From the human T2T-CHM13v2.0 reference genome, Homo sapiens, in NCBI RefSeq assembly GCF_009914755.1, contig NC_060939.1: 64,000 nt of DNA, one strand, 5' to 3'. A model generated the notes under the pieces. That model was not told the origin of the DNA. It saw only the letters and a program-made list of their open reading frames with translations, and searched no databases. A program made the translations under genes and the position numbers. Numbering within the stretch: position 1 is the first letter of the stretch; every line of letters starts with the position of its first letter. Positions 1 through 12,840 of the stretch are shown here, piece by piece.

Positions 1-125
1 AGGCAGGAGAATGGCGTGAACCTGGGAGGCGGAGGTTGCAGTGAGCCAAGATCACGCCACTGCACTCCAGCCTGGGCGACAGAGCGAGACTCCATCTCAA
101 AAATAACAATAATAATTATTATTAT
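1..125 (+). mobile_element. Alu right arm and tail (cut by window start)
   Basis: GGCAGGAGAATGGCGTGAACCTGGGAGGCGGAGG...GAGACTCCATCTC followed by A-rich tail. Confidence 0.9.
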
Positions 126-345
126 TTACCAAAATTTGTAATATGTTTATGTTATTTTGCTTACATGTGATTAAAAGTTGTATTGGTAACTTCATCCAAA
201 AGAAAAAAAGAGTTTAATATTCAGAGATGTATGGTCCCAGGAGAATAAGAGAAAATCTTTCATCTCAAGTTATACATCTGTATTTTTGTAGAGAAGTATC
301 ATAGATGACCAACAAAAGACTTTCCAAGCACAGAAAAATATTACA

Positions 346-668
346 GGTCAGGTACAGTGGCTGACACCCGTTATCCAAGCACTTTGGGAGGCAAAGGTGG
401 GAGGACCACTTGAGCTTAGGAGTTCGAGACCAGCCTGGGCAACAAAAAGAAACCTCACCTCTATTTAAAAATCAAAAAACAAAACTAGCCCAGCGTGGTG
501 GTGTGTGCCTGCAGTCCCAGCTACTCGGGATGCTAAGGTGGGAGGATCACTTTAGCTTGGAAGATTGAGGCTGCAGTGAGCTATTATCTTGCCACTGCAC
601 TCCAGCCTGGGTGACAGAGCAAGACCCTGTCAGAAGATAGAAAGGAAGAAAGAACGAAAGGAAGAAAA
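346..668 (+). mobile_element. Alu (AluJ-like), dimer
   Basis: Both arms and linker; GAGGATCACTT in right arm; degenerate AGAA tail. Confidence 0.9.
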
Positions 669-1162
669 TTCATGTTTTAAGTGCACAATTCAATGATTTT
701 TAGTAAATTCCCCAAATTGTGCAGCCATCATCACAATCCAGTTCCTAATGCCTACCCCCATTAAAAAATTGTGGTAAATCTAATGTCTTTTTTTAAAAAA
801 ACTAATATTATTAAACTATTTTAACATGACATATATATATAATGTTTTGAGAAAAATAAGCAAAATATTTTAAGATATGGTTTAGCACTGTTTTTTCCTT
901 ATCCATCACTTTTATGATCCAGTTTTCCTTAACTTCCATTTATGTGATCAAAGTTAGCAGCCAGCTGTTTGTCTTCCCTATTTGTTCCACAGTTGTACAC
1001 AGAAAACAGAAGTCAACAAGTTCGTCGGCTTCCCCTATCAGCTCTGTTTAACTTTCTGCAGTGATAGACTGTCACTTCTGCTGATAGACTGTCCTTTTAA
1101 TAGCCACTTCCCAAACTATATTTTTAAAAAGGCATTAAGTTTTCTTTCCACTATCTCCACTG

Positions 1163-1464
1163 TTTTTTTTTTTTTTTTTTTTTTGAGACAGGGTCTTGCT
1201 CTGTTGCCCAGGTTGGAGCACAGTGGTGAAATCTCAGCTCACTGCAGCCTTGACCTTCTGGGCTCAAACAATCCTCCCACCTCAGCCTCCTGAGCAGATG
1301 GGATCACAGGCATGCACCACCACGCCTGGCTAATTTTTGTAATTTTTGTAGAGACACGGTCTCACTATGTTGCCCAGGCTGGTCTCAAACTCCTGCTTAA
1401 GCAATCCTCCCGCCTTGGTCTCCCAAAATGTTGGGATTACAGGTGTGAGCCAATGCGCCTGGCC
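1163..1464 (-). mobile_element. Alu (AluJ-like)
   Basis: Poly-T, reverse Alu consensus, TSD TATCTCCACT on both sides. Confidence 0.92.
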
Positions 1465-2019
1465 TATCTCCACTTTTGATTGCCCTTTTAATATAACATT
1501 TTCTCATGGCCTAATTTGGAAATTCATGGACCCTGTCTGGTGCTCTCCTGACTGCTCCATGCCATTCAATCCTATTGACCCTTCTGTGTCCCCCGGCTCA
1601 GCTGGGATTTCCCCTAGGCCACTGACTGCTGAAATCTCTGCCAAGTTCCTCCCCTTGGCTGCTCTTTATATGCAGGCATCCCCTTAACCTCCATTCTAGG
1701 CCCTCTTCCCACTCTCCACTTGCTCTAGGTGATCTCATCCAGTCTCACAGCTTCTATGTCCCCGTCTTTTCTGAGGGCTCCAAATCCATGTCTCTGGCTC
1801 TAACCTGTGCCCCATGCAGAGGCAGAGGCTCAGAGGTGCAGCTGCTGTCTTGAGCAGCCCCCTCCAGCAGCCCCCTCAAACTCAGCACTGCCAGATGGAG
1901 CTCATTGCCTCTCTCTTTCCCCAACTCACCATGTGGTGTGACGTCACCTCCACGGCAGCCCCTGCATGCTGCCTGTTAGTGGGGTGTCCTCCCACCAGCC
2001 CTGCCAGAACTCCTCCTCT

Positions 2020-2152
2020 CAATAAGGTTTCTCAAACTTTCCTGCACACACGTCGCCTTGGGGTTCTGGTTAAACGTAGAGTCAGAAAGTCTAGAGTGAG
2101 GTCTGGAAAACTGCATTTCTAAATCTCTAAATGGTGCCTATTCTGCTGGTCT
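2020..2152. mobile_element. MER5-like hAT-Charlie MITE fragment
   Basis: GGTTTCTCAAACTT...CTGCATTTCTAA...TTCTGCTGGTC resembles MER5A/B. Confidence 0.55.
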
Positions 2153-2628
2153 ACCTTGTAAGGTAGAAGATGCCTGGATGCCCAGCTGGCCCGTGAGAGG
2201 TTGGGACAGTCTTCCAGAAAACCCACCTTCTTCAGCCTCTCTACACTCTGGCCATGAATGTCTGTGATGTCCTGAACTGACTGCCTGCCCTTCCCTCTGC
2301 CCTCCCTGGACATTCCTGCTGTAAGCCTCCAGTTTCATCCCTCTTCCTCAGCCTTTATTTGTGGAGGCCAAGTTACCCATGGCCTCGGGAAGAAGAACTC
2401 TGCCCTGCGTCCTCAGAGAAGAACTCTGTCTCTGGTCAGAGATGACACCTTGCCCTTATGGCCTGGACCTCCCCCTTCCTTCCTGGGGACAACCAGCCAG
2501 GCTCTGCTCACTGCCTGCCCCAGTGCCCTCCAAGTTTTGTCCTGCAAGCACAGGAAAAGGCTAGGAGTAATGATGAGGAAAGCAGAGGTGCCAACACAGT
2601 TCTACATCTGGCCCATTTAGGAAGGATT

Positions 2629-3492
<864 letters not shown>

Positions 3493-6400
3493 TTTTGATC
3501 CAAGAATAGGAGGTTCTGGATCACAGTGATGGAACCATGTCCTGCTCTTAACCCAGAGGGGCCCTTAGTCATTTCATCTGGTGCTCCGTACCAACTATCA
3601 CTCCCCCAGTTAATCGTGGCTACACCCTGCCTTCGAAATCCCTCACATTTCCCTCTATGGGCTCACCCTGGCTCTTTCTGACAGCAAGACAAAAACACAA
3701 GAACCAACCAGCCTTCTCTGATGGTAGACGGGTTGGGGAGGTGGGATGTGGAAGTGTGACTACCTGGACTCAGCCCTGGTGAGCCCCTGGGGACCTTCTC
3801 TCTTCTCCTCTTCACTCTGAAGTGTCCACGGGATGCTGTTTTTCTAGGTACTGTATCAGCACCACACAGAGAGGTCGACTTCCAGCAGTCATTAGGTGAC
3901 AAAGATGCTGCTATCCTAACCCAATGCCATGTATGTTATTGGTTTCAGAGATCTGGATCCTCATAAGGAAACCTTACTCCTGAGACTCTAAGACTTGGGA
4001 ACATCACTCTTGGAGTTCTCCCACTCTCCAATGCTCCAAAACTCTTCACATGGAAGATAGTGGTAAATATCACTTCAGTAACACCTGCTGAGGCTGAGAT
4101 ACCATGACCATGCAGGATTAAAGCACACAAGGCACCAGCTCCACCATGTCTTGGTCCATGCCACCTGGGACCACAAACAGGATCAGGTCCACCCCTAGAT
4201 GGAGAGAAGGATGAGTGGAGGTAGGTTTCCAGAGGCAGCATCGCAAAGCCAGTGGTTTCCAGGCACCAGGGCCAGTGTTTTGCCTCCACAGCCAGTGTTT
4301 TGCCTTCATATGATTTATGAAGACTCCAGAATTGAGTTTTCTTTATGGGGAGGTTACTACTAAGAAACCTGTCTACCATTAGGCTCTGGCTGGGGCAGTC
4401 CTGGCTCATCCTCACTAATGCAGCCTGTACACAGGGCTGGAGAAGTGTGGCTTCAAGTGAACTAGGGCACAGCTTCTTCTCACACTGAATCTGCATCCCA
4501 GCAAAACCAGTGCTGAGCTGGACCAGCAAGTCTCCCCCTCCATACATACCAGACCCAAGGGATTGCTAGCTCCTCCTGGGTATCATGCACATTGCCTGCA
4601 CTTTAGCCCATGTTTCCCTCCGATGGTTCCCAAGGTCAAAGTTCCCTTCCAGCTATGGAAACACCACTTTGCCTCCTCTCTCATCCTGAATCCCTTGTTG
4701 TAGTGGATGATTCTCAACAAAGTAATCAGAGCCTTCTGCCCTGAGAGGCCCTGAATCCTGCCTTCACACTCCTGTATGTCAGATTGCCCAGCTAATCAGA
4801 ATTACCCACATTGCATAGAAATAATGTCTTACCATTAACAGCTGGGTTGAGCTCTTACTTGGCATCATGGGGGAGGAAGAGTAGGAGAATGAAGCTGAGC
4901 ACAAGTACCTCTGGAAATAGAACCTGAGAGGATGGGAGGGTCATGCTTCTTCTCTATGGGCCTCTTATCAGCCAGCAACAGCAGCAGCAGGTCTCCCCAG
5001 CTTAGGAGCAGTTCCTCATTTCTACTCCACCAGGTCTCCTGGTTGCTGCCTCTGCTCCTGGGGCGTTATAGATTCCACCTGGTCATGGCAGAGTTAGTGT
5101 GTTATGGGGCAACATGGAATGACCTGGAAAGTCTGCACCCATGCAGAGGTCATCTGGTGAAGCCCTAGGTCCTTCTGTGACCCTGGCTAACCTTACCACA
5201 TGCATGGTCTGTGGTGTTGGGCATCATTCATTGCCCCAGCTCTGAATGTTCATGGGGTTGGTGAGGTGTGAATTCAAGAGAACAGGATTGGGCTAGGCGC
5301 TGGGGGTACAATGGATGAGACACAGTTGCTGGTGTCAAGGAGGCTCCAGACAAGTGACTAAGGGATTATTACCCCATCTGGGGCTATGCACAACTTCTCA
5401 GAGACGCTGCTTTCCCTCTTTCCTGGGACCCCAGAGTACTTCTCCTTCCTAAAGCACAGAGTCTGTGCCAAAATCCCACTATTTCCCTCTGTGGCTCGAA
5501 ATCTTGCTTGAAACCCTCCTGTCTCTACAGTCTGCTGACTGCGCGCACCATGGTCCTTCCTCAGGGGTGTCCCTGCCCAGGATAGCAGCATAGCTTATAC
5601 AGCATATGTTGCTTTGTTCAGGCAGAAGTGGTACATCTGCACATCGTGCATTCTGAGGGCTCCATTACTGGCAAGTCCCAACTCTCCTGGGCACCAGGGA
5701 TCCCCCACCCCATGCCATAGCTCTATACTCCCCAAGCAGCCCCACCTTCCCTAGCGGTAACCCTCTGTTCCTTCTGGCCGCGCTCAGGGTCTTCCATGTG
5801 AGACTCACCCTAGGCCCTGGCTCAGACTGTCCTGCCTGCTGAGAGCTCCCACTCTTCCCTATCTCACCACTGCTTCTTAAACCCCGTACTCATCCAACAT
5901 GGCCCTCCATGAAGTCCACTGCATTGCTACTATCCATGAATGAGAGCATGACATCCACCCCCTCCAGCACCAAACCAGAGACCAGAAGCTCATCCTTGAC
6001 ACCCCCAATCTAATTAATAACTAATTCATGCTGATTCTGACTCTACCTCTTGAATCTCTAAGTAATATCCCTTTTCCTGTCCCCTCTCCCTGCTCCCCAA
6101 GATCACTGCCCTCTGGATTCAGAGAGTCCTGTGTTTGCATTGTTTCTGCCACATCCTGGAAGTATGACTTCAGGAAAATCATCTCTCTAGGCCTAACTTT
6201 AATGGACTATAAAACAGCTCTATTAACAGTGTCTACCTCATAAGGTTGGCATTTAGATGAAATAACATAATGTACTTTATGCATAGTACATAGCTTAAAG
6301 TAAGTCCTCAGTAAGTGTTAGCTGCTGTTATTGTTGTTGTTCTTACTATCATTATCATGATTCCTACCTTAGTATCTCCCACCTGGGCTAGAAGCCTTCT

Positions 6401-7429
6401 ACCTAGTCACTCATGGAGAGTGACCACAGCAGTGTGGAATCATCCATGGCTACTGTGGGAATATTTGTCCCTTGAAAACAGCCGATGATGAAAGAAGGCA
6501 CCAAGCAGAACAGCCTCATAACCACGCACAGACATCAGCTATGAGATCATTCCTCTCCCAGGGGGCCCAGGCAGAGATATGGTATTCTAGGGATGGAGGT
6601 CCCTTGGAGAGCATCTAATTCAATTTCCTGATTTTATTCAGCAGGTCATGGATGTTTAAAAAAAATTCCTGATTTTAGGATGGCAAAACTGAGATCTTGT
6701 GAGGATAAAGGACTTGCTTATAGCCAATTTTCTTTTACAAAAATGTATCTGGGCTACTCTGTATTTAGCCCTGTGCTTGAATCCAAGCTTTTCACCTGAC
6801 ACACAACCAGTCAGGTGAAGAGCTTGGATTCAAACCCAGGTTTCCATTAAATCACACCATCTACAGACAGAGGAGCAGTTCACTAAAATAATGCTTACAT
6901 TCCCATGTGCTACCCAAAGGGAAATAGCCAGGATTCTGTATGACCAATAAATCATCATGAGAAATTATTTCAACCAGAAGCTGGAATGTGAAACACCAAG
7001 TTGAACTGTCAGAAGACTGGAAAACACTTAGTGCAAATACAGATAAGAACACATGCTTTCAAGCTGGCACTTGCCCTTCGAACACACAACACAAAGTGGT
7101 CTCAACACAAACTGGCTCAGTGTCAAAGTAGGAATTTTGCAACACACCCTACAGTTAACAGTCACTTTTCCCCTCAACACCTAGACTCTTTCTTAACAAA
7201 ATCAGGATTTGGGGAGAAAGGAAAGTTGACAATAAACTGTCATTTTATAAATGGTGAAACTAAAGCTTAGAGAAGTAAAGCAATTAGTCATAGTCCATTA
7301 TGAATGTCTTTGCTGGATACCCTTTCCTCTATGCCAAGGGAAGCAGTTAAAAAAAATAAAAAAGATGTTTGTCTAAGGCTTATATGGGAGGTGTATCCCT
7401 GTGCATTACTTAGAAAAGTCCCCCAATAA

Positions 7430-7526
7430 TTTTTTTTTTTTTTTTTTTTTTAGAGACAGGTTCTTGCTATGTTGCCCAGACTGGTCTTGAACTCCTGGGC
7501 TCATGCAATCTGCCACCTCACTTGGC
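7430..7526 (-). mobile_element. Alu monomer (FLAM-like) fragment
   Basis: Poly-T then AGAGACAGGTTCTTGCTATGTTGCCCAG...GAACTCCTGGGCTCA. Confidence 0.85.
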
Positions 7527-8255
7527 TTGTTTATTAACCTTTTATGGATCATGGGCATATCTACTGAATCTACTGAAACCTGTGAATTCTCTTCCCAGAA
7601 GTGATTCCATAAGGGCAGGAACATAACTTTGCCTATAATTTTAGCTCATCCATGCAGCCCTTGGCAATTCCTGAGCCACAGCAGTGAAAGAAAGCTTGCC
7701 TTAAAGTGTTACAGTGATATGAAATGATTCAAATCAGCTTTGCAGACACTGCCCGAACCTGAAAACTTTCTATAGGAGGAGGCTGTATGCATAACAAGTG
7801 AAAAATAATTACGATGCTGTTTTTTAGTATTTGAATCAATGCATGAAGTTATTATTTTTCAGCATGTACACACAGATTAAATAAAATGTATTTACAACAC
7901 AATAGTATAGCCAGATGATATTCAACATCTATATTTCCAAACTGTTCTACCAAATGGTTCTAACTAATGGGTCCCAGCACTACAGATATCCTAAAGACAC
8001 ATTATAAGAATCACCAGCCCCTGTCTGCCTTCATCAGAGCCTCTCACATCCTGTCCCAACATCATGTTCAGTTAATGCGAATTCTTGCTTTAAGAAGGCA
8101 CAGAAAACATTTACACTATTTATTGTAATTTAAACATCTGCAATTTACCATGATATCTCTTCCCACCTACAGGAAAGATATTGCATTAATATTGCAGCAT
8201 TGAGTTTCTAATAATACAATTTGCATTGGAAGAATATGACTACCCCAAAACTTGC

Positions 8256-8360
8256 CTGCTAAGCGTCCATAAATGCTTCCTTTAACTCAGAGGACCTGGA
8301 GTTCTGCTAGAAAATTGAATCTGTGTTCAGCAGGCTTTCCTTCCTAGTGACCTCTGCATG
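8256..8360 (-). other. FSD2: Probable non-coding first exon of FSD2 (GC donor); 5' boundary approximate
   Basis: Minus-strand CAG|GCAAGT donor at 8256/8255 and TATA-like TAAAATAG at 8387-8380; recalled gene order puts FSD2 head-to-head a few kb upstream of WHAMM; no FSD2 coding sequence in window. Confidence 0.5.
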
Positions 8361-8560
8361 CCCCACAGGCTACCCCTGCCTATTTTACACCAGAGTTCTG
8401 CAAGTGGGGCACCAAAGCTGGATGGTAACATGAGCTGGCTGCAGCCACAAATAGCAACAGGCCTGCCATGAGTGAAGGTCCAAATATAGACCTGCTGTGG
8501 CTGAGTTGCCACTTCTTACTACTCAAGTGTCACCAGGAGAGGTCACATGCCGTGCTCTGA
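8340..8560 (-). promoter_or_regulatory. Putative striated-muscle promoter (FSD2)
   Basis: TAAAATAG (8380-8387), MEF2-like CCACAAATAG (8445-8454), CArG-like CCAAATATAG (8480-8489), NKX2-type TCAAGTG (8523-8529), AGGTCA half-sites. Confidence 0.4.
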
Positions 8561-9158
8561 GTTACTTTCTGTGCTGTGAGGGGTTTTAGACTTGTGGCTC
8601 TACCATGGGTCTCAGATGGCTGGTCATGTGGAGAGGGCTGGGGACTGTCACGGCAAGACCAGGAAGAAGATTCCTTTTTTTTTTTTTTAAGTGAATGAGT
8701 TTCTAAAATTATATGCAAAATTATGTCTGTGTCCTTATAGAATCACTTCCGGGAAGAGAACTCACAGGTTTCAATAGATTCTCAGAGGTGCTCATGAACC
8801 ATACAAGGTTAAAAAACATTTTGGGGGCACTTTTCTAATCAAAGCACAGGACACACTTCCCATATAAGCCTTAAGCAAACATTATTATTTTTTTTTTTTA
8901 CTTGCCATGGTATGGCATAGAAATGGGACTATCCAGCCAATACATTCCTTATGGACTATGATTGACTATTTCTCTAAGCTTTAGTTTAATAATTTATAAA
9001 ATGACAATTTAGTGTTAATGTTCTTTTCTTCCAAAATTCTGACTCTGTTAAGAAGTTGAAAGAGTCTAGGTGTTGAGGAAAAAAGTGAGTGTTAACTGTG
9101 GGTGTGTTGCAAAATTCCTACTTTGATGCTGAGCCCACAGACCAGCATAACAGTATAA

Positions 9159-9220
9159 TCTCTCTCTCCTCTCTCTCTCTCACATGCACGCACGCACACA
9201 CACACACACACACACACACA
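9159..9220. repeat. Compound (CT)n/(CA)13 microsatellite
   Basis: Direct reading. Confidence 0.95.
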
Positions 9221-9221
9221 G

Positions 9222-9703
9222 TGTAATAGTCAGAGTTGTCCAGAGAAACAGAACCAATAGAATGTATACATATATGGAAACAGATTTATCATAAGGAATT
9301 GACTCATGTAATTATGAAGACCAAAAAGTCCCAAGATCTGCAGTTAGTAAGCGGAAGATCCAGGAGAGCCAATGGTGTGGTTCTAGTCCAAAGGCCAGCA
9401 GGCTCAAGACCCTGGAGAGCCAATGTTTCCATTTGAGTTGGAAGGCAGGAAAAAAACCCATATTCCCACTTGAAGGCAGTTAGGCAGGAAGAATTCCCTC
9501 TTATTCAAGCTTTTGTTCTATTCAGACCTTCAATCGATTGGATGAGGCCCACTCACATGAGGGAGGGCAACCAGTTTTACTCAGTCTACTAACTCAAAGG
9601 TTAATCTCATCCAGAAACACCATCACACACACACACCCAGAATAATGTCTGACTAAACACCTGGTGACCCAATCAAGTTGACACATTAAAATTAACCATC
9701 ATA
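9222..9703 (-). mobile_element. MLT2 (ERVL) solo LTR
   Basis: TCCAGAGAAACAGAACCAATAG at one end and CAAGTTGACACATTAAAATTAACCATCA at the other match reverse MLT2 termini. Confidence 0.85.
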
Positions 9704-9717
9704 CATATATATACATA

Positions 9718-10069
9718 TGCTATAGACAGTTTATATTCCCCTAAAATTCCCATGTTGAAACCAAATCCCCAATGTGATGGTATTTGGAAATGTGGCCTTT
9801 GGGAGGTGATTAGGTCATGAAGGCAAGCCCTCATGAATAAAATTAGTGCCATTACACTGGGGGTCCCAGAGAGCTCTTCCATGTGAAGATGCAGTAAGAA
9901 TACAGGTATCTACGAACCAAGAAGCAGCCCTTCCTTACCAGACACTGAATCTGCTGGTGCTTTAATCTTGGACTTTCCAGCCTCCAGAACCATGAGAAAT
10001 AAATGTTTGTTGTTTACAAGCCACCCACTCAATGGTATTCTGTTATAGCAGCCTGAATGGACTAAGACA
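9718..10069 (+). mobile_element. MaLR solo LTR (MLT1A/MST-like)
   Basis: CCCCAATGTGATGGTATTTGG...GGACTTTCCAGCCTCCAGAAC...GTTATAGCAGCCTGAATGGACTAAGACA. Confidence 0.85.
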
Positions 10070-10095
10070 TATATTAATATATAGAGAGAGGATAA

Positions 10096-10435
10096 TTTTA
10101 TTTTTTCTTTTCTTTTTTTTTTGAGGCAGAGTCTCACTGTTTCGCCCAGGCTGGAATGCTGTGGTGCAATCTCGGCTCACTGTAACCTCTGCCTCCTGGA
10201 TTCAAGCAATTCTGATGCCTCAGCCTCCTGAGTAGTTGGGATTATAGGGCATGCACCACCACGCCCGGCTAACTTTTCTTTTTCTCTCTCTTTTTTTTTT
10301 TTTTTTGGTATTTTTAGTAGAGACGGGGTTTGGCCATTTTGGCCAGGCTGGTCTCGAACTCCTGACTTCAACTGATCCGCCCACCTCGGCCTCCAAAAGT
10401 GCTGGGATTACAGGTGTTAGTCACTGCACCCAGCC
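10096..10435 (-). mobile_element. Alu (AluS-like), expanded linker
   Basis: Reverse Alu consensus. Confidence 0.92.
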
Positions 10436-11759
10436 ACCCACGACAATTTTATAATTAGAAAGATTGACAGTTTCCGCTTGAAAAACCAAATAGATAAGAA
10501 AACTAACAGAAATAACACAGTATAAAGCAGATAGTAAAAAGATATAATGTGAGGAATATACAAGAAAGATATTTAAAACAGACTGTTAAAAATCATAAGT
10601 AACTCATATTAGTTAAAATAGTATATTAAAATAGGGGAAAATCAATCACTTCAGCTAAAAGTTTATCTCTCCAAGAAGACTGAGTGACTGAGTCCCAGGG
10701 CCCAATCCCCAACCCTCACACCGGCAGCAGGCATAAAAGGGGAGGGACCTTCAGACAAAGGCACCTTTCCATCTTCAAGTTGCATTCCACAGAGGTTCCT
10801 AGATTTCTTGAGGTCATTTTCAAGGCAGAGAGATGCCCTAACTAGAGCTTTAGCTTCGCCCTGATTTTTTCGTTTGCTTATTGTTTACCCTTGGGGATAA
10901 CAGCAAGTACAAAATCTGATTCCAACTTTTCCCAGCTCAAAACCTTCACAAACACTTTCACTTGTTCCCGAATCAACACCTCACAGGCCTTGCTTTGGCA
11001 AACGGCTCCTGATCCCAGCTTCCTGGCATCTCCCTCCTTTCCTCCTCCCATTCCCACCACCTGTCTCAGTGCACTCCCAGGATGGGAGCTGACATGGACT
11101 GTATTTCTCAGTCTACACTGCACATTTCCTAGGCAGAGACTAGGGCCGTCTTGGTGCTTGTTGCATGAACAGATTTAGCTCCACCCTGACACGTAAACTG
11201 GATTTCCTGATATCTCCTTAAACAGGCCTTCCGTAGCCAGGGGGGCATGTCGAGCCCGAGTGTCGGTGTATCTTAAGTTTGTCTGGGCCTCCGTTTCCTT
11301 AACTCTAAAGTGAAGAGTTAGAACACAGATTGTATTTAAACACCCTGGTTGGGAGCTGCAGTGCCCTGAATTCCCCCTCTTACTCCACCCCCTCAATACT
11401 GACACACAGCCGACACTCAATAAAAGTTTGTTGAATTGACAAAAATAAATTTGCGGCTTCTTGCCCAGTACTTGGCACTTAGAGGCCCTCAATAAATGAC
11501 TATCGAGTTTATATTTCATCTCCCCAACGCATTTGTGACATTCTTAAGGGCGTGAACCATGTACTCAATAGGGCCCTGATGATAGAAAAGAAAATCAGCT
11601 TGGTCCCTGTTCTCAAGTTCATAGTTTAGTGTGGGAGACTAATACAATAACTCGCCGATTCAACAGATATTTTTCCAACGTCCGTATGTATTGGGTGGAA
11701 AAGGTGAGGCAAGAGTTGTATTTCCCAGACTCCTGAACAGGTTGCGAGATGATTGACTC

Positions 11760-12840
11760 CTGAGGGAGACCTTCTCACCTTTTCATTGGTTGTCGCTGGC
11801 CCTCTCGTCTATCACCCAACCAACCCCGAATGCCTCTTGTAAGCCCCACCTCCGGCAGCCAGCCAATCAGAAGTGCCGGGGGCCAGGGTGCTGCTGGGGC
11901 ACTGACGCGGTTTCGATTCTAGCGAAAAATGATTTGGCTCGGACTGTCCCGTGACAGGCGGTGCGAGGAGGCCAGGCCCGCGCCCGCCGAGCCCTAGGGC
12001 CGCTGCTGCCGACAGCCATGGAGGACGAGCAGCCTGACAGCCTGGAGGGCTGGGTGCCGGTCCGGGAGGGCCTCTTCGCCGAGCCCGAGAGGCACCGGCT
12101 GCGCTTCCTGGTGGCCTGGAACGGCGCGGAGGGCAAGTTCGCTGTGACTTGTCACGACCGTACCGCGCAGCAGCGGCGGCTGCGCGAGGGGGCCCGGTTG
12201 GGGCCCGAGCCCGAGCCCAAGCCTGAGGCCGCCGTCTCCCCGTCCAGCTGGGCCGGCCTGCTCTCGGCCGCGGGGCTCCGCGGCGCGCACCGGCAGTTGG
12301 CGGCGCTGTGGCCGCCTCTGGAGCGCTGCTTCCCGCGGCTGCCGCCGGAGCTGGACGTGGGCGGCGGCGGGGCCTGGGGTCTGGGGCTCGGGCTGTGGGC
12401 GCTGCTGTGGCCGACGCGCGCGGGTCCCGGCGAGGCGGCGCTGCAGGAGCTGTGCGGGCAGCTGGAACGCTATCTGGGCGCGGCGGCCGACGGCTGCGGC
12501 GGCGCCACAGTGCGCGACGCACTCTTCCCGGCTGAGGGCGGCGCGGCCGACTGCGAAAGCCCGCGCGAGTTCCGGGAGCGGGCCTTGCGCGCGCGGTGGG
12601 TCGAGGCGGACGCGCGGCTGCGCCAGGTAAGCGAGGCCCGGTCGCCGGCGTTCGTCCGCGCTTCCATGGCCTGGGACACTGTGGGAGGCTCCCCCGGCGC
12701 CGAGAGCCCTGGCTGACGGCTGACGGGGAGGAGCCGGCGGGCGGAGAAGGCCGCGGGCTCCCCAGTGCCGTCACCTGCGCGGGACCGCTGCGGGAAACCG
12801 GCGGGAGCTGCGGGAGGGTCTGCAGAGAGGACAAGCGAAG
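11760..12840 (+). promoter_or_regulatory. WHAMM: CpG island / WHAMM promoter
   Basis: Very high GC and CpG density across exon 1; CCAAT 11863-11867, inverted CCAAT 11785-11789, TGACG half-site near 11903; no TATA. Confidence 0.85.
12018..12626 (+). CDS. WHAMM: WHAMM coding exon 1 (aa 1-203, N-terminal membrane-interaction region)
   Basis: GCCATGG Kozak; MEDEQPDSLEGWVPVREGLF...ADARLRQ; donor CAG|GTAAGC; 609 nt, phase 0. Confidence 0.97.

Noticed and set aside
3945-4547. 200-aa minus-strand ORF as an intact single-exon gene
   Set aside because: No recognisable family. It spans a tandem duplication and an apparent intron-exon boundary, so only its 3' part is kept as evidence for the candidate fossil gene.
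11812-12834. 340-aa ORF antisense to WHAMM exon 1
   Set aside because: Low-complexity Arg/Pro/Ala product expected from stop-poor CpG-island DNA opposite a real exon; non-ATG start; no recognisable domain.
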